Positions 39,119-49,981 of a DNA stretch of 64,000 nt are shown here, piece by piece (the first letter of the stretch is position 1; each line of letters begins with the position of its first letter). Where the stretch lies: NCBI GenBank assembly GCA_965237675.1, contig OZ250150.1, positions 2,080,001 through 2,144,000 of the forward strand, written 5' to 3'. The notes under the pieces were generated by a model. That model was not told the DNA's origin. It was given only the letters and a program-made list of their open reading frames with translations, and searched no databases. Made by a program: the position numbers and the translations under genes. The stretch is from Candidatus Latescibacterota bacterium (lineage in GTDB: Bacteria; Latescibacterota; UBA2968; GCA-2709665).

Positions 39119-40882
39119 ATGAACTTTCTCGCCCAATTCTATCGCATTCTGGAGGGTAAACGGCTTCTCATCGCCCTCACAATTGCCTGCGGGCTCCTAT
39201 TTGCCGCCGCCAACCTTCTGCCGCCTTTGCTTATCCGGGAACTCATCCGCTGGCTGACGGAAGACGCCGCCGCAGCAGATCTGCTTCGGGTCAGCCTGCT
39301 TCTCGCAGGGATCTACCTTTTTCGGGGCGCCGCCAGATACGGTTACGGTTTCTTTTCCCATATTGCCGCCTATCGCGTGATGCATGACCTGATGGTGAGG
39401 ATATATCGACACCTTCAGAACATGCCCCATCGCTTTTACAACAAGCAGCGAACCGGCAACCTCATCTCTCGTTCAATCAACGATGTTGAAGCCCTGGAAG
39501 ACTTCGTTGCTCACGGGATCCCGGAGACCGCGCTGGCCGCGATCATACCCGTTTCAATGATCGTCGTGCTGTTCACACTGAACCCCGAACTCGCTTTCAT
39601 CACGCTGATTCCCATCCCGCTGACAGCCCTGCTGGTCTACCGTTACGTCTCCAAAGTCCGCGCCCTCTGGCGCGCCGTGCGGACGCATCTGGCCGACCTG
39701 ATTGGCCTTGTCCAGGACAGCTTCTCGGGCATCCCCGTGATCAAGTCCTTCGCGCAGGAACACCGGCGTGCCCGACTTATAGAAGCCCAGAGTCTGAAGT
39801 TCAGAGACAGCAGCGTGACGGCCAACCGCATCTCCCTGCTACCCGCCGGCATCATCGAGGCCGCGGGCGGTATCGGCATCGTCCTGGTTATCTGGAGTGG
39901 CGGCGCAATGGCGCTGGAAGGCGTGATTTCCGTTGCGGACCTCTTTGTTTTCATCGTCTACATGGGGCACATTTATCAACCTTTTCTTCAACTCGCCTCG
40001 TTTAACGACATCCTGCAGAAAGCCGCCGCCAGCACCGAGCGTGTCTTCCAACTCCTCGCCGTCGAATCCGAAATCATTGACGCCCCGGACGCCCGTACGC
40101 CGCAAACCATGACATGGAACATCCGGTTTCAGAATGTCACATTCGGATACGATCCGGAAAATCCCGTGCTTCACGAGGTCGATTTCCACGTCGACGCCGG
40201 GGAAATTATCGCCCTCGTGGGCCCCACGGGCGCCGGCAAAACCACCGTTGCCAATCTGATCCCACGCTTTTACGACCCACAGAGCGGCGGGGTTTTCATT
40301 GGCGGGCATGACATCCGTACCCTTCCGCTTGCTTACCTGCGCTCGCAGATCGCTACGGTGTTCCAGGATGTCTTTCTCTTCCACGCTACCGTGCGCGAGA
40401 ACCTGGTCTTCGGCCGTCCCGACGCTACGGACCAGGAGGTCCGGGCTGCGGCCCGGGCGGCCAACGCGGAAGACTTCATCCTGGATCTCCCTGAATGCTA
40501 CGACACGCTCGTCGGTGAACGCGGAGTCCGGCTTTCCGGCGGTCAGAAGCAGCGGCTCTCCATCGCCCGCGCCGTGCTCAAAGGTGCCCCCATCCTGATC
40601 CTGGACGAAGCCACCTCATCGGTGGATGCCGAAACCGAGATCCTCATTCAGGAAGCCATTGCCCGTCTTACCCGCCATCGCACCACGATCGTGATCGCCC
40701 ACCGGCTTTCCACCGTGCGCAATGCCGACAAAATTCTCGCTTACAACGGCGGCCGTGTTATCGAATCCGGGACCCACGAGAACCTGATGGCCCAAGAGGG
40801 TCTCTATGCCCGAATGGTGCGGACACAGGAGATTACCCGTGGCTGGCGTATACCCCAGGCCCGGGAAAACGCCGCCGATTAG
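39119..40882 (+). CDS. ABC exporter, fused permease/ATPase (MsbA/MdlB-like)
   Basis: Six-TM N-terminal domain; GPTGAGKTT, LSGGQKQR, LILDEATS, IAHRLST. Confidence 0.93.
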   Translation: MNFLAQFYRILEGKRLLIALTIACGLLFAAANLLPPLLIRELIRWLTEDAAAADLLRVSLLLAGIYLFRGAARYGYGFFSHIAAYRVMHDLMVRIYRHLQNMPHRFYNKQRTGNLISRSINDVEALEDFVAHGIPETALAAIIPVSMIVVLFTLNPELAFITLIPIPLTALLVYRYVSKVRALWRAVRTHLADLIGLVQDSFSGIPVIKSFAQEHRRARLIEAQSLKFRDSSVTANRISLLPAGIIEAAGGIGIVLVIWSGGAMALEGVISVADLFVFIVYMGHIYQPFLQLASFNDILQKAAASTERVFQLLAVESEIIDAPDARTPQTMTWNIRFQNVTFGYDPENPVLHEVDFHVDAGEIIALVGPTGAGKTTVANLIPRFYDPQSGGVFIGGHDIRTLPLAYLRSQIATVFQDVFLFHATVRENLVFGRPDATDQEVRAAARAANAEDFILDLPECYDTLVGERGVRLSGGQKQRLSIARAVLKGAPILILDEATSSVDAETEILIQEAIARLTRHRTTIVIAHRLSTVRNADKILAYNGGRVIESGTHENLMAQEGLYARMVRTQEITRGWRIPQARENAAD

Positions 40883-40954
40883 CAAAACGGGACGACCTGG
40901 AGGATCGCCCCGTTTTCGGGCTGCGGCCGGCCGTGGTTGACCATCGGTTCGCGA

Positions 40955-41953
40955 TCATTTCTCCCACACCGTCACGTCCACGTATGCCGTTCCTGCTCTG
41001 TCGCGGGCGACCCGTTGCCTATGAGTGACGGCGGGCCGGAATCCTGCCTGCGAAAGCGCCGTCGCCTTCGGTCCGAACCCCGCGTCGCAATAGGCCAGGT
41101 ACCGGTCCGCGACCGGAAGCGACAACGCGCCCAACAGTTCGATCGAACGGTCCCAGAAATTCGGATGGCAATACACATCCACCACGCAGCTTCCTGGCCA
41201 TAGCCGGTCGAACGACCACATCGCCAGCCCCGCCACCGCCGTCGTCTCACGTTGCCGCAACACCTTCACGCGCGCCGGTCTGCCTTCGGCCTGTCGAGCC
41301 ACCGCGTCCCGGATGACCGGCAACAGGGGGCTTTCGGTAGACTGCCGTCCGAATATCCGCATGCCGGCACATCGCGTCACACCGGGAAAATCACCCGAAA
41401 ACAGCGCTGTCGACGCAGGCCAGTCCGGCCAGTCCAGGTTCGCCACGACTGCCCGTCCTTTCGAGAAATATTCCGCCTCGAACGCTCCTTTTGAAGTCGA
41501 ATAGTAATCCATATAGCCGCTGCGCGGCTCCAATCCTTCAAATCCGTGCGACCGATATATGTGATAAGGATGCGAATCATAACCTGTCCCGAGGTACAGC
41601 GCCCGCCCGCCCCGCCTTCTGAAATGATCCATCATAACGCGCATCAGTTCCATCGCGGCCCGCTGCCGACGGTCCTCCGGTTTCGTATACACGTGCCCGA
41701 AAATTCCCACCCCCCGCATCTCGACCGTGGTCATATTGGCGAATGGAATCCCGTCCCGATGCAGAATATAAAAGTACGCCTCGACGCCCAGCCTTTCCCG
41801 TAGCACCATGGTGTTTCCCCATCGCCAGATCTCTGATTTGTGCTCAAGCAACGTCTCAATTCGTCCTGCCCAATCCCGGTCAGGTCCTATCACAAACCCC
41901 ACTTCGACCGTTTCGCCCGACTTCAGTCTGATTGTGTCAATGGGTTCGTACAT
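40955..41953 (-). CDS. GNAT-family acetyltransferase-like protein
   Basis: GHVYTKPEDRRQRAA (motif A-like), ALYLGT, IYRSHGF. Confidence 0.7.
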   Translation of the reverse strand: MYEPIDTIRLKSGETVEVGFVIGPDRDWAGRIETLLEHKSEIWRWGNTMVLRERLGVEAYFYILHRDGIPFANMTTVEMRGVGIFGHVYTKPEDRRQRAAMELMRVMMDHFRRRGGRALYLGTGYDSHPYHIYRSHGFEGLEPRSGYMDYYSTSKGAFEAEYFSKGRAVVANLDWPDWPASTALFSGDFPGVTRCAGMRIFGRQSTESPLLPVIRDAVARQAEGRPARVKVLRQRETTAVAGLAMWSFDRLWPGSCVVDVYCHPNFWDRSIELLGALSLPVADRYLAYCDAGFGPKATALSQAGFRPAVTHRQRVARDRAGTAYVDVTVWEK

Positions 41954-42078
41954 ACCATTCCTCGCCTCTCGTGTCCTGTCCGTGAAATATGTCACCATTC
42001 TTCCCTGTCTGCGTGCGTGAGGCAGCACGCACAGGCAGGCGCGGGTTCATCCCGTCTCGCTGCGTTGCGTCATTCGGA

Positions 42079-43593
42079 TTATTTCCCCCAGTCCGGTAAC
42101 CCCGTCGACTCAATTCCCAGAGCCGAACCGCCCAGCGCGTATATGGCGCCGACGACGATCGCGACCCCCGTAAGATTCAATATCAACCCCACGCGGACCA
42201 TGTCCGTCATTCGCACCCGATCCGTCCCGAACACGATCGCATTCGGCGGCGTTGCCACCGGCAGCATGAACGCAAACGAACAGGAGAGTGTCCCCGGAAT
42301 CATCAACAGAAGCGGATCCACCTGAATCGCGACACCCAGCGCCGCCAGGATGGGGAGGAACATCTCGGCAGTGGCGGTATTCGACGTCAACTCGGTCAAG
42401 AACGTAATCATCAGGCAGAGGATGGCCACCAGCAACATGGGATGGAGCGCACTGAGCCCCGCCAGGCGATGCCCGAACCACATTGACAAGCCCGAGTCCT
42501 TGAACCCGGTAGCCAGCGCGAAGCCTCCTCCAAATAGCAGCACGATGTGCCACGGCAGTTTCGACACCGTCTTCCGGTCCAGGATCTTTTCCGCGGAATC
42601 GCTCCGCGCGGGAATAAGAAAAAGCAGAAGCGCCATTCCCATTGCGACGGTCCCGTCATTCAGAAACGAACCACTGGGAAACAGCCCCGACCACCCCGGG
42701 ATTACCGCGTCGCCGATCCGGATCTCATTCCGGAACAGCCAGAGAAGCGCCAGCAGCACAAAGTCGGCCAGGACCACAGCTTCCTCGTAAGAGAGCGGTC
42801 CCAGCGCTCTGTATTGATCCCGTAGAACACTTTGATCGAACGTCTTCGCATGCCGGCCGCCGGCATGCAGGTAACTCAACAGCAGCCACGCCACAATCAG
42901 GAACAGCACGGAAATTGGAAATGCAAAAACAAACCAGCCTGCAAACGAGATCTCCGGCGCATCGGGGAACTGAATATTCAGAATCCGGGCGAACGAGAGA
43001 TTCGGCGGCGTGCCCACCAGTGTTGCCACGCCACCGATGGATGCGCTGTATGCCACACCGAGAAACAGACCGGTGGCAAACCGTCCCCGCGCCTCGCCCT
43101 CCTCCAGCTTCAACACCACCGCCAGCACGATCGGCACCATCATCATTGTGGTCGCCGTATTGGAGATCCACATCGATAAAAACGCAGTAGACACCATGAA
43201 TCCCAGCAGAATACGCCTTGGGCGAACACCGCACCAGAGCAACACGCGCAATGCGATCCGCCGATGCAGATTCCAACGCTGCATGGCCAGGGCAACCATA
43301 AATCCGCCGATGAACAGAAAGATAACGTGGTTGAAATAGATGGGGGCGACCTTCTTGCCGTCCATGATCCCCAGCAATGGAAACAACACGACCGGGAGCA
43401 GCGCCGTCGCCGCGAGCGGCACTGCTTCCGTCATCCACCACACGGCCATAAGCAAGGCCACCGCCGCCGTCCGGGTCACGGCCGGCCGTCCTGGCTCCAG
43501 ATCAAAGAATACAAGCAACGCGAACGCCAGAACGGGTCCCGCGATCAGTCCGATTCTTTGTATCCTCGCGCCGGATGTTTTCTTCATATGCAT
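42079..43593 (-). CDS. SLC13/DASS sodium:dicarboxylate or sulfate symporter
   Basis: WWMTEAVPL, LSMWISNTAT, GTPPN, TELTSNTATA, AFMLPVATPPNAIVFG. Confidence 0.93.
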   Translation of the reverse strand: MHMKKTSGARIQRIGLIAGPVLAFALLVFFDLEPGRPAVTRTAAVALLMAVWWMTEAVPLAATALLPVVLFPLLGIMDGKKVAPIYFNHVIFLFIGGFMVALAMQRWNLHRRIALRVLLWCGVRPRRILLGFMVSTAFLSMWISNTATTMMMVPIVLAVVLKLEEGEARGRFATGLFLGVAYSASIGGVATLVGTPPNLSFARILNIQFPDAPEISFAGWFVFAFPISVLFLIVAWLLLSYLHAGGRHAKTFDQSVLRDQYRALGPLSYEEAVVLADFVLLALLWLFRNEIRIGDAVIPGWSGLFPSGSFLNDGTVAMGMALLLFLIPARSDSAEKILDRKTVSKLPWHIVLLFGGGFALATGFKDSGLSMWFGHRLAGLSALHPMLLVAILCLMITFLTELTSNTATAEMFLPILAALGVAIQVDPLLLMIPGTLSCSFAFMLPVATPPNAIVFGTDRVRMTDMVRVGLILNLTGVAIVVGAIYALGGSALGIESTGLPDWGK

Positions 43594-43673
43594 CTCCGCA
43601 CCTCCGATTGTCTGCGATTCGCCAACCACTTAAGATATGCCCGCCCCGCTTGCGAAAAAGCGTAAAATGCCCA

Positions 43674-43702
43674 TTGACAACCTGCCAGCCATATCCTACA
43701 TT
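43674..43702 (+). promoter_or_regulatory. Sigma70-type promoter for tandem Gfo/Idh/MocA genes
   Basis: TTGACA (43674-43679), 17 nt, TACATT (43697-43702). Confidence 0.6.
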
Positions 43703-43795
43703 TCCTCCTGCTCGAATTCTCTTTTTTTGCGGTCCTGCCTCGGGGTCAAACAACCCGGAGCGTCAGCCGGGGTTTCGCGAACACGGAGGCGATGA

Positions 43796-44869
43796 ATGAA
43801 AAACGGGAAATTCGGTTTCGGCATCATTGGCTGCGGCGTGATCGCGCCGACCCACCGCATGGCCATTGACGCCTGCGACGAGGCCGAACTGGTGGCGGTC
43901 TGCGACACCGACGAAAGTCAGATCCGGTCATTTCTTGCCGGCGTTAATGGCGGCGAAACGAACATTCGTGCGTATTCAGACCATAGAGAACTGGTTCAGG
44001 ACGGAAAGGTCAACATCGTCAGCGTCTGCACGCCCTCCGGCGTGCACCATGAAGGCGTGACTGCGGCGGCAAGGGCCGGCAAGCACGCCCTGTGCGAGAA
44101 GCCCCTCGAGATCGACGCCGGTCGCATGACCGAAATGACAGCGGCATGTCGCGAAGCGGGGGTGAAACTCGGCTGCGTGTTCCAAAGCCGCACCAGTCCG
44201 GACATGATCAGAGCCCGCAAAGCCATTCAGGACGGCCTGCTGGGTCAAATGGTTCTGGCCGACGCCTATCTCAAAGACTACCGCTCCCAGGCCTATTACC
44301 GGAGCGCCGGATGGCGCGGCACCTGGGCGCTGGACGGCGGCGGCGCCCTCATGAACCAGGGCGTACACGGCGTGGACCTTCTCCTATGGCTCATGGGCAG
44401 CCTTGTCGACTCCGTGTTCGCGCGCGCCGAACATAAGGTGCGCGACATCGAAGTGGAAGACACGGCGGTGGCCAATCTGAAATTCAAGAACGGCGCGTTC
44501 GGTGCGCTCATCGGCACCACCTCGTGCAACCCCGGCGAAGCTCGTCGCATCGAGTTGCACGGAAAACGGGGTACCATCACCGTAAGCGGCAGTTCGATCT
44601 CCCGCTGGGCGAACACCCTCGAAGAAGACGGACGCGCCGAAGACAGCGAACCACCGAGAGAAATCGAAATCCAGGGCGCGGTGGCCGATCCCAAAGCCAT
44701 TGGCAGCGCCGGCCACGTATTCCTCGTGAATGACCTCATCCGGGCTATCCAGGAAGACCGCGACCCTTACGTGACCGGCGAATCCGCCCGAGGCGCCATA
44801 GACCTCATTCTGGCGATCTACGAATCCGCCCGATCGGGCAGGGAAGTCGAGGTCCGGCACGACGGCTGA
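43796..44869 (+). CDS. Gfo/Idh/MocA-family oxidoreductase
   Basis: GIIGCGVI, CTPSGVH, CEKP, WRGTWALDGGGALMNQGVHGVD. Confidence 0.92.
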   Translation: MKNGKFGFGIIGCGVIAPTHRMAIDACDEAELVAVCDTDESQIRSFLAGVNGGETNIRAYSDHRELVQDGKVNIVSVCTPSGVHHEGVTAAARAGKHALCEKPLEIDAGRMTEMTAACREAGVKLGCVFQSRTSPDMIRARKAIQDGLLGQMVLADAYLKDYRSQAYYRSAGWRGTWALDGGGALMNQGVHGVDLLLWLMGSLVDSVFARAEHKVRDIEVEDTAVANLKFKNGAFGALIGTTSCNPGEARRIELHGKRGTITVSGSSISRWANTLEEDGRAEDSEPPREIEIQGAVADPKAIGSAGHVFLVNDLIRAIQEDRDPYVTGESARGAIDLILAIYESARSGREVEVRHDG

Positions 44870-44930
44870 ACCCATCCGATCCAGGCGCGGTCTGCCGCGC
44901 TCCAACCCCCGAAAAGGAACCAGGCACCCA

Positions 44931-45989
44931 ATGGCCAAAAACAATAAACTCGGATGGGGCATTATTGGCGCCGGTATGATCGCGGGTCATTTCCGGTCTG
45001 GAATCGAAGCCTGCCCCGACGCGGAACTGGTTGCCGTCTGCAATTACAACGAAGATAAGGGAAGGAAATTCGCGGCCGAGTCCGGCGGCATCAAATATTA
45101 CAAGAACTATCAGGACCTGGTCTCGGATCCGGACGTGCACATCGCCGGTATCTGCACCCCTTCCGGCATGCACGCTGACAACGTGATTGCGGCTGCTCGG
45201 GCCGGCGTGCATTCCCTAAGTGAGAAACCGCTGGATGTCACGCGGGAGAAAATGGACCTGATGATCGATGCATGCCGCGATGCCGGCGTCAAACTCGGCT
45301 GCATTTTCCAGAGCCGGACCAGTGATGAGGCCATCAAAGCGCGGAACGCCATCAAGAACGGCGATCTGGGGAAAGTGGTGCTGGCAGACGCCCTGATGAA
45401 GAACTACCGCCCCCAAGCGTACTATAACAGCGCCGGCTGGCGCGGCACGTGGAAGGACGACGGCGGCGGCGCGCTGATGAACCAGGGCGTGCACGGCGTG
45501 GACCTCCTGCTGTGGCTGATCGACGACGACGTCGAGTCCGTGTTCGCGCGCGCAGAACACAAGGTGCGCGACATCGAAGTGGAAGACACCGCCGTCGCCA
45601 CGATCAAATACAAGAGCGGAGCTTTCGGAACGCTCATCGGCACCACGTCCTGCAACCCCGGCGAGGCGTCTCGGATTGAACTTCACGGTGAATCCGGGAC
45701 CATCACCATGAGCGGCACCCAGATCACCCGCTGGGCCACCACCACCGAGGAAGACGGACGCGCCGTCGACGCATTTCCCCCACGGCAAATCGCTGCGGCC
45801 GGAAACGTGGGCGCCGCCAGCGCCGTCGCGCCCGGCCACGGCTGGCTCGTGAACGACATCACCCGCGCCGTATTGGAAGACCGCGACCCCTATATCCCGG
45901 GCGAGTCCGCCCGGAAGTCCGTGGACCTGATCCTGGCCATCTACGAATCCGCCCGGATCGGGCGGGAGATCGTAATGGATGCGTGGTAG
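44931..45989 (+). CDS. Gfo/Idh/MocA-family oxidoreductase, tandem paralog
   Basis: GIIGAGMI, CTPSGMH, SEKP, WRGTWKDDGGGALMNQGVHGVD; long identical stretches shared with the preceding gene. Confidence 0.92.
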   Translation: MAKNNKLGWGIIGAGMIAGHFRSGIEACPDAELVAVCNYNEDKGRKFAAESGGIKYYKNYQDLVSDPDVHIAGICTPSGMHADNVIAAARAGVHSLSEKPLDVTREKMDLMIDACRDAGVKLGCIFQSRTSDEAIKARNAIKNGDLGKVVLADALMKNYRPQAYYNSAGWRGTWKDDGGGALMNQGVHGVDLLLWLIDDDVESVFARAEHKVRDIEVEDTAVATIKYKSGAFGTLIGTTSCNPGEASRIELHGESGTITMSGTQITRWATTTEEDGRAVDAFPPRQIAAAGNVGAASAVAPGHGWLVNDITRAVLEDRDPYIPGESARKSVDLILAIYESARIGREIVMDAW

Positions 45990-46063
45990 GCCGCACGGGT
46001 TGGGAACGACGGGGACCCGGCCCGACGGTATCCGGTCGGGCGCCGAAATTGTTACGGAAGTCT

Positions 46064-46110
46064 AAAAAGAAACAGCCGGTTGCGATACCAGGGACCGGCT
46101 GTTCCTTTTG
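46064..46110. terminator. Bidirectional terminator between convergent oxidoreductase genes
   Basis: A-run, AACAGCCGGT, loop, ACCGGCTGTT, then CCTTTT. Confidence 0.65.
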
Positions 46111-46132
46111 TTGTGCCTGATGTCCGGCGTCT

Positions 46133-47206
46133 TCAAGCGCCGCAATCTTCCACGGTCACGACCCTTCCCCTTTCCGCGGAGGCATAAATTGCTTCCACCA
46201 CCTCCACGGCCCTCAGCCCGTCCATTCCCGTGATTCCGGGAGGTTTCCCTTCCAGAATGGCCTCGACTGTCTCACTCAGATACACCCGGCCGGAAGCACC
46301 GCCGTAACCGTCCGCCGCCTGAGACGCGATCCGAAGCGTCGTCTCGGGCCCACCCGCGAAATCGGGATGGTCGCTCACCACAAAGATTTCGTCCGCGGTT
46401 CCTCCCCAGGCCGGACTCCACGACGCCGTACCCAGTGTGCCCCGAAGGCCAATGAAAAGATCCCTGCCGGCGGGATAGGCTTTCGGTACGGAATAACTGA
46501 TATCCAGGGTCGCTGTCGCCCCGTTCCTGAATTTGACGATTCCGAAACTATTGTCCTCGATATCCAGGTGATGTTGCAGGTGGCTCACCATGCCGGTCGC
46601 CTGCCGGACCTCGTCCTTCAAGAACCACCGAAACAGATCGATCCAGTGCGTTCCCAAATTGTGCATCGGGCCGCCGCCCGCAATCGCCTTGCGATTCAGC
46701 CAGGGTGAAATCCCGTTTTCCAGGTAACGCCGGGGTGAGCCCGCCGCACATCGCCCCTCCAGCGCGATGATCTGACCCAGCATGCCCCGATCGACGAGTT
46801 CCTTGATCTTCCGGGCGGCCGGATGCGCGCGCCAGCAGTAGGGTGAAGACAGCGCCACCCCCGCCGCTCCCGCCGCCGCGATCATCCGCCGGATACCCGC
46901 CGACGTATTCGCCATCGGCTTCTCGACAATGACGTGCTTGCCTGCCGCCGCCGACTGTTCCACCGCCTCCGGGCACTGCGAATGGGGCAGCAGGATCACC
47001 ACCAGGCCAATGTCTTCCCGCGCCAGGAGCGCGTTGTAATCCTCGTATCCGTCAATCCCGGTCTGTCCGCACACCTGTTTCAGATAGTCCGGATCCGCCT
47101 CCGCAACGGCCCGCACCTCCGTCTGGACGATGGCCTCAAAATGCGGCAGATAATCCAGGGAATGAAGATGATGGAATCCGATGATCCCAACCCCGAGCCT
47201 CTTCAT
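46133..47206 (-). CDS. Gfo/Idh/MocA-family oxidoreductase
   Basis: GVGIIGFHHLHS, GKHVIVEKPMA, GGGPMHNLGTHWIDL. Confidence 0.9.
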   Translation of the reverse strand: MKRLGVGIIGFHHLHSLDYLPHFEAIVQTEVRAVAEADPDYLKQVCGQTGIDGYEDYNALLAREDIGLVVILLPHSQCPEAVEQSAAAGKHVIVEKPMANTSAGIRRMIAAAGAAGVALSSPYCWRAHPAARKIKELVDRGMLGQIIALEGRCAAGSPRRYLENGISPWLNRKAIAGGGPMHNLGTHWIDLFRWFLKDEVRQATGMVSHLQHHLDIEDNSFGIVKFRNGATATLDISYSVPKAYPAGRDLFIGLRGTLGTASWSPAWGGTADEIFVVSDHPDFAGGPETTLRIASQAADGYGGASGRVYLSETVEAILEGKPPGITGMDGLRAVEVVEAIYASAERGRVVTVEDCGA

Positions 47207-47269
47207 CGAATTGCATTCTCCGTTTCGGCCGGACACGTCTTTCTGGCCGCGTGGTCCGGCAATGTGCGT

Positions 47270-48514
47270 TTATCCACACCAATCCACAATCGCCCGCGCG
47301 AGTACCTCGGCCCCGGCAGCCAGGCTCTGCACGGGGATCTGCTCCTGGCTGGAGTGGGCTACGCCCAGCGTTCCCGCGCCAATCACCACCGCGGGGACAC
47401 CGATCAGATTCGAATAGAACCACGCATCGCACGAGGCCGGCATCGCGGCGATCTCCGTGGCCTGTCCGCTTGCCCGGCAGGCCCGTTGCAGCGTCCCCAC
47501 GATCGGATGGTCCGGAGACACTTCGTTGCAATCGTGCCGGTACATGAATTCGATATCGAAATGGTCCGGAAGCCAGTCTCCTCCCTCCGTTCTCAGCGCC
47601 TCCTCCATCTCGCGCATCACCTCTTCTTTGGTCCGGGTCGGAAGGAATCCCAGAACCCCCTTGAATGTCGCCTTTCTGGGCGCCATCGCCGGCCAATCAC
47701 CCGCCTCCAGCGTTCCGAACGTAATTGGCATCGGGTTCTCGTACGCATCGTAGAGCGGGTGTCCTTTGGATTCCGCCAGCAACCTCCCGTGATACCCCTC
47801 CAGAATCTCAATTGCCCGCATGGCCTCCTTCAGCGCGCTCACGGTGCGCCCCGCCTGCCCGCTGTGGCCCGCCCTACCGTAGACGTTTACCGTGAACCAT
47901 ACTGCGCCGCGGATCGAAGGAAGGATCTTCAATTCGGACGGCTCCAGAACAAGGGCCGCATCGGCCCGATCCTCGCCGCGTACGAACGCCAGCGTTCCGT
48001 TGCCGCCGCACTCCTCCTCTATCACCAGGTGCCCGATCAGATCCCCTTTCAGTTCAATCCCCATCTCCCTCAGGGCGGCAAGCGCCAGGTAAAACATGGC
48101 CGCCTGTCCCTTACAATCGCACGCCCCGCGGCCGAACACGATCCCGTCTTCCCGGCGCCCCTCGAACGGCTGATCCTGGTCCGAGGAAGCCGGCACAACG
48201 TCCAGGTGGGTATTCACAATCAACGACCGTCCGCCGCCATTGCCATTCCTGACCACCCTCAAATTCGGCCGGCCGGCATAGCTGAAATCCGGTAGTTTGA
48301 AGGAATAATCGGGATCCTCCTGAATCCCGTCCGCAACCGGCACCAGTTCGCGCTCGTCCACCACCCCTGCCATTCGCTCGTGCAACATGCGCATCGCCGG
48401 TCCTTCGTCCCCGCGCACGGACGGGATGCGGATCAGATCGCGGAGCAGCCCGACCGCATCTTCCTTATGAGTCTCGATTGCCGCTTTCAATAACCGATCA
48501 TCCAACAAGCGCAC
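47270..48514 (-). CDS. M20 ArgE/DapE-family deacylase
   Basis: NTHLDVVP, GRGACDCKG, VIEEECGGNG, GRAGHSG, AHSSQE. Confidence 0.9.
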   Translation of the reverse strand: MRLLDDRLLKAAIETHKEDAVGLLRDLIRIPSVRGDEGPAMRMLHERMAGVVDERELVPVADGIQEDPDYSFKLPDFSYAGRPNLRVVRNGNGGGRSLIVNTHLDVVPASSDQDQPFEGRREDGIVFGRGACDCKGQAAMFYLALAALREMGIELKGDLIGHLVIEEECGGNGTLAFVRGEDRADAALVLEPSELKILPSIRGAVWFTVNVYGRAGHSGQAGRTVSALKEAMRAIEILEGYHGRLLAESKGHPLYDAYENPMPITFGTLEAGDWPAMAPRKATFKGVLGFLPTRTKEEVMREMEEALRTEGGDWLPDHFDIEFMYRHDCNEVSPDHPIVGTLQRACRASGQATEIAAMPASCDAWFYSNLIGVPAVVIGAGTLGVAHSSQEQIPVQSLAAGAEVLARAIVDWCG

Positions 48515-48608
48515 TCCCCGGACCCGGCGCGCCAACATGCCTTTTCCGGGTCCTTCATTGCCGGACCGTCAGGTAGACCGCCCCGGTCGTGGATTCACAG
48601 CTGCCCGA

Positions 48609-49946
48609 TTAAGCGCAAAGTTCCTCCAACGCGCGGTCGAGGATGTCGATGCCCGTCCCCGCCTCCTCCTCCCCAATCAACAGCGGAGGCGCGACCCGGA
48701 CGACATTCCCGTATAACCCGACCTTACCGAGCAGAAGACCGTACTCCCCAGCCCTCAGCAGCAGATCCGACGTCAGTTCCGGCGCGGGTGTCTTGTCCTC
48801 GCGGTCCAGAACGAACTCGAGGCCGATCACCAGACCCTGCCCCCGCACGTCGCCCAGAACCTCATATTTGGCCTGTAGCGCCTGAAACCGCGCCATCATA
48901 TAGTCGCCCACTCTTTGAGCGTTCTCCGGCAGTCTCTCGTCTTCCATCACGTCCAGTACCGTGTGAGATGCAGCGCTGGCCAGCGGATTGCCCCCACAGG
49001 TGCTGGACATCTCACCGACCCCCATGCACTCGAAAATCCGGCTCTCGCCGGCCAACGCGGAAGCGGGCATCCCACTGCCGATACCCTTGCCGAGGCAGAC
49101 CATATTCGGTTGCAGGTCCTCCCACTCCAGCGCGAACAACTTTCCCGTGCGTCCGAACGACGATTGCACCTCGTCCAGAATGAAGACCATCCCCCGGTCC
49201 CGGGCCCATTTCTCCAGTCCTTTAAGCCAACCGGCAGGCGGAAAAATGAAACCCGCGCCCCCCTGGTAGGGCTCGGTGATCACCGAGCCGACGTCGCCCG
49301 TGGACGTGGAATCGATAATCCGATCCAGGTTTTCGAGACATCGCTGTGCGCATTCCTCTTCGGTTTCGCTATCGTAAAAATCCCGATAAAAGTAGGGAAA
49401 CGGCGCCAGAATTCCGCCGGGTAACTGCGGGCCGAACCCGCGCTTTGTCTTCATACTCCCGGCCACGCTCATCGGGCCGTACGTGCGCCCATGAAATCCC
49501 CCATAGAATGACAATACCTCGTGCTTGCCCGTGAACCGCTTGGCAATGCGGATGGCCGCTTCCGTCGCCTCGGCCCCCGTCGTCAGCAAGAACGTCTGAT
49601 CGATATTTTCAGGCAGCAGATCGGTCAGGCGTTGTGACAGCGTCACCCGTTCCGGCGTCGGGAACGAATAACAATTCATCAGCCGTCCGGCCTGTTTCCG
49701 GATGCTTTCGACGTGGCGGGGGTGGGAATGTCCCAAATTGGTCACCAGCACTCCGGAGGTGAAGTCCAGAAACCGGTTGCCGTCCACATCCCATACCCAC
49801 ACGCCCTCGCCATGGTCCCACACCACCGGCACCTGATCGGCCATGCACGGCGGCTCGTATTGACTGGAAACCGCCAGCAACTCCGCAGACCTGGGTCCCG
49901 GAATCTTCCGTCTCTCCAGCGTGATTGCGTTCGCCACCTGTGCCAT
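48609..49946 (-). CDS. Class-III PLP aminotransferase (GabT/ArgD-like)
   Basis: WDVDGNRFLDF, TGAEATEAA, GGFHGRT, DEVQSSFGRTG, LGKGIGSG, GGNPLA. Confidence 0.93.
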   Translation of the reverse strand: MAQVANAITLERRKIPGPRSAELLAVSSQYEPPCMADQVPVVWDHGEGVWVWDVDGNRFLDFTSGVLVTNLGHSHPRHVESIRKQAGRLMNCYSFPTPERVTLSQRLTDLLPENIDQTFLLTTGAEATEAAIRIAKRFTGKHEVLSFYGGFHGRTYGPMSVAGSMKTKRGFGPQLPGGILAPFPYFYRDFYDSETEEECAQRCLENLDRIIDSTSTGDVGSVITEPYQGGAGFIFPPAGWLKGLEKWARDRGMVFILDEVQSSFGRTGKLFALEWEDLQPNMVCLGKGIGSGMPASALAGESRIFECMGVGEMSSTCGGNPLASAASHTVLDVMEDERLPENAQRVGDYMMARFQALQAKYEVLGDVRGQGLVIGLEFVLDREDKTPAPELTSDLLLRAGEYGLLLGKVGLYGNVVRVAPPLLIGEEEAGTGIDILDRALEELCA

Positions 49947-49981
49947 CTCAGATCCCCCGGCAGGTTGATTCGCGCATTCGC

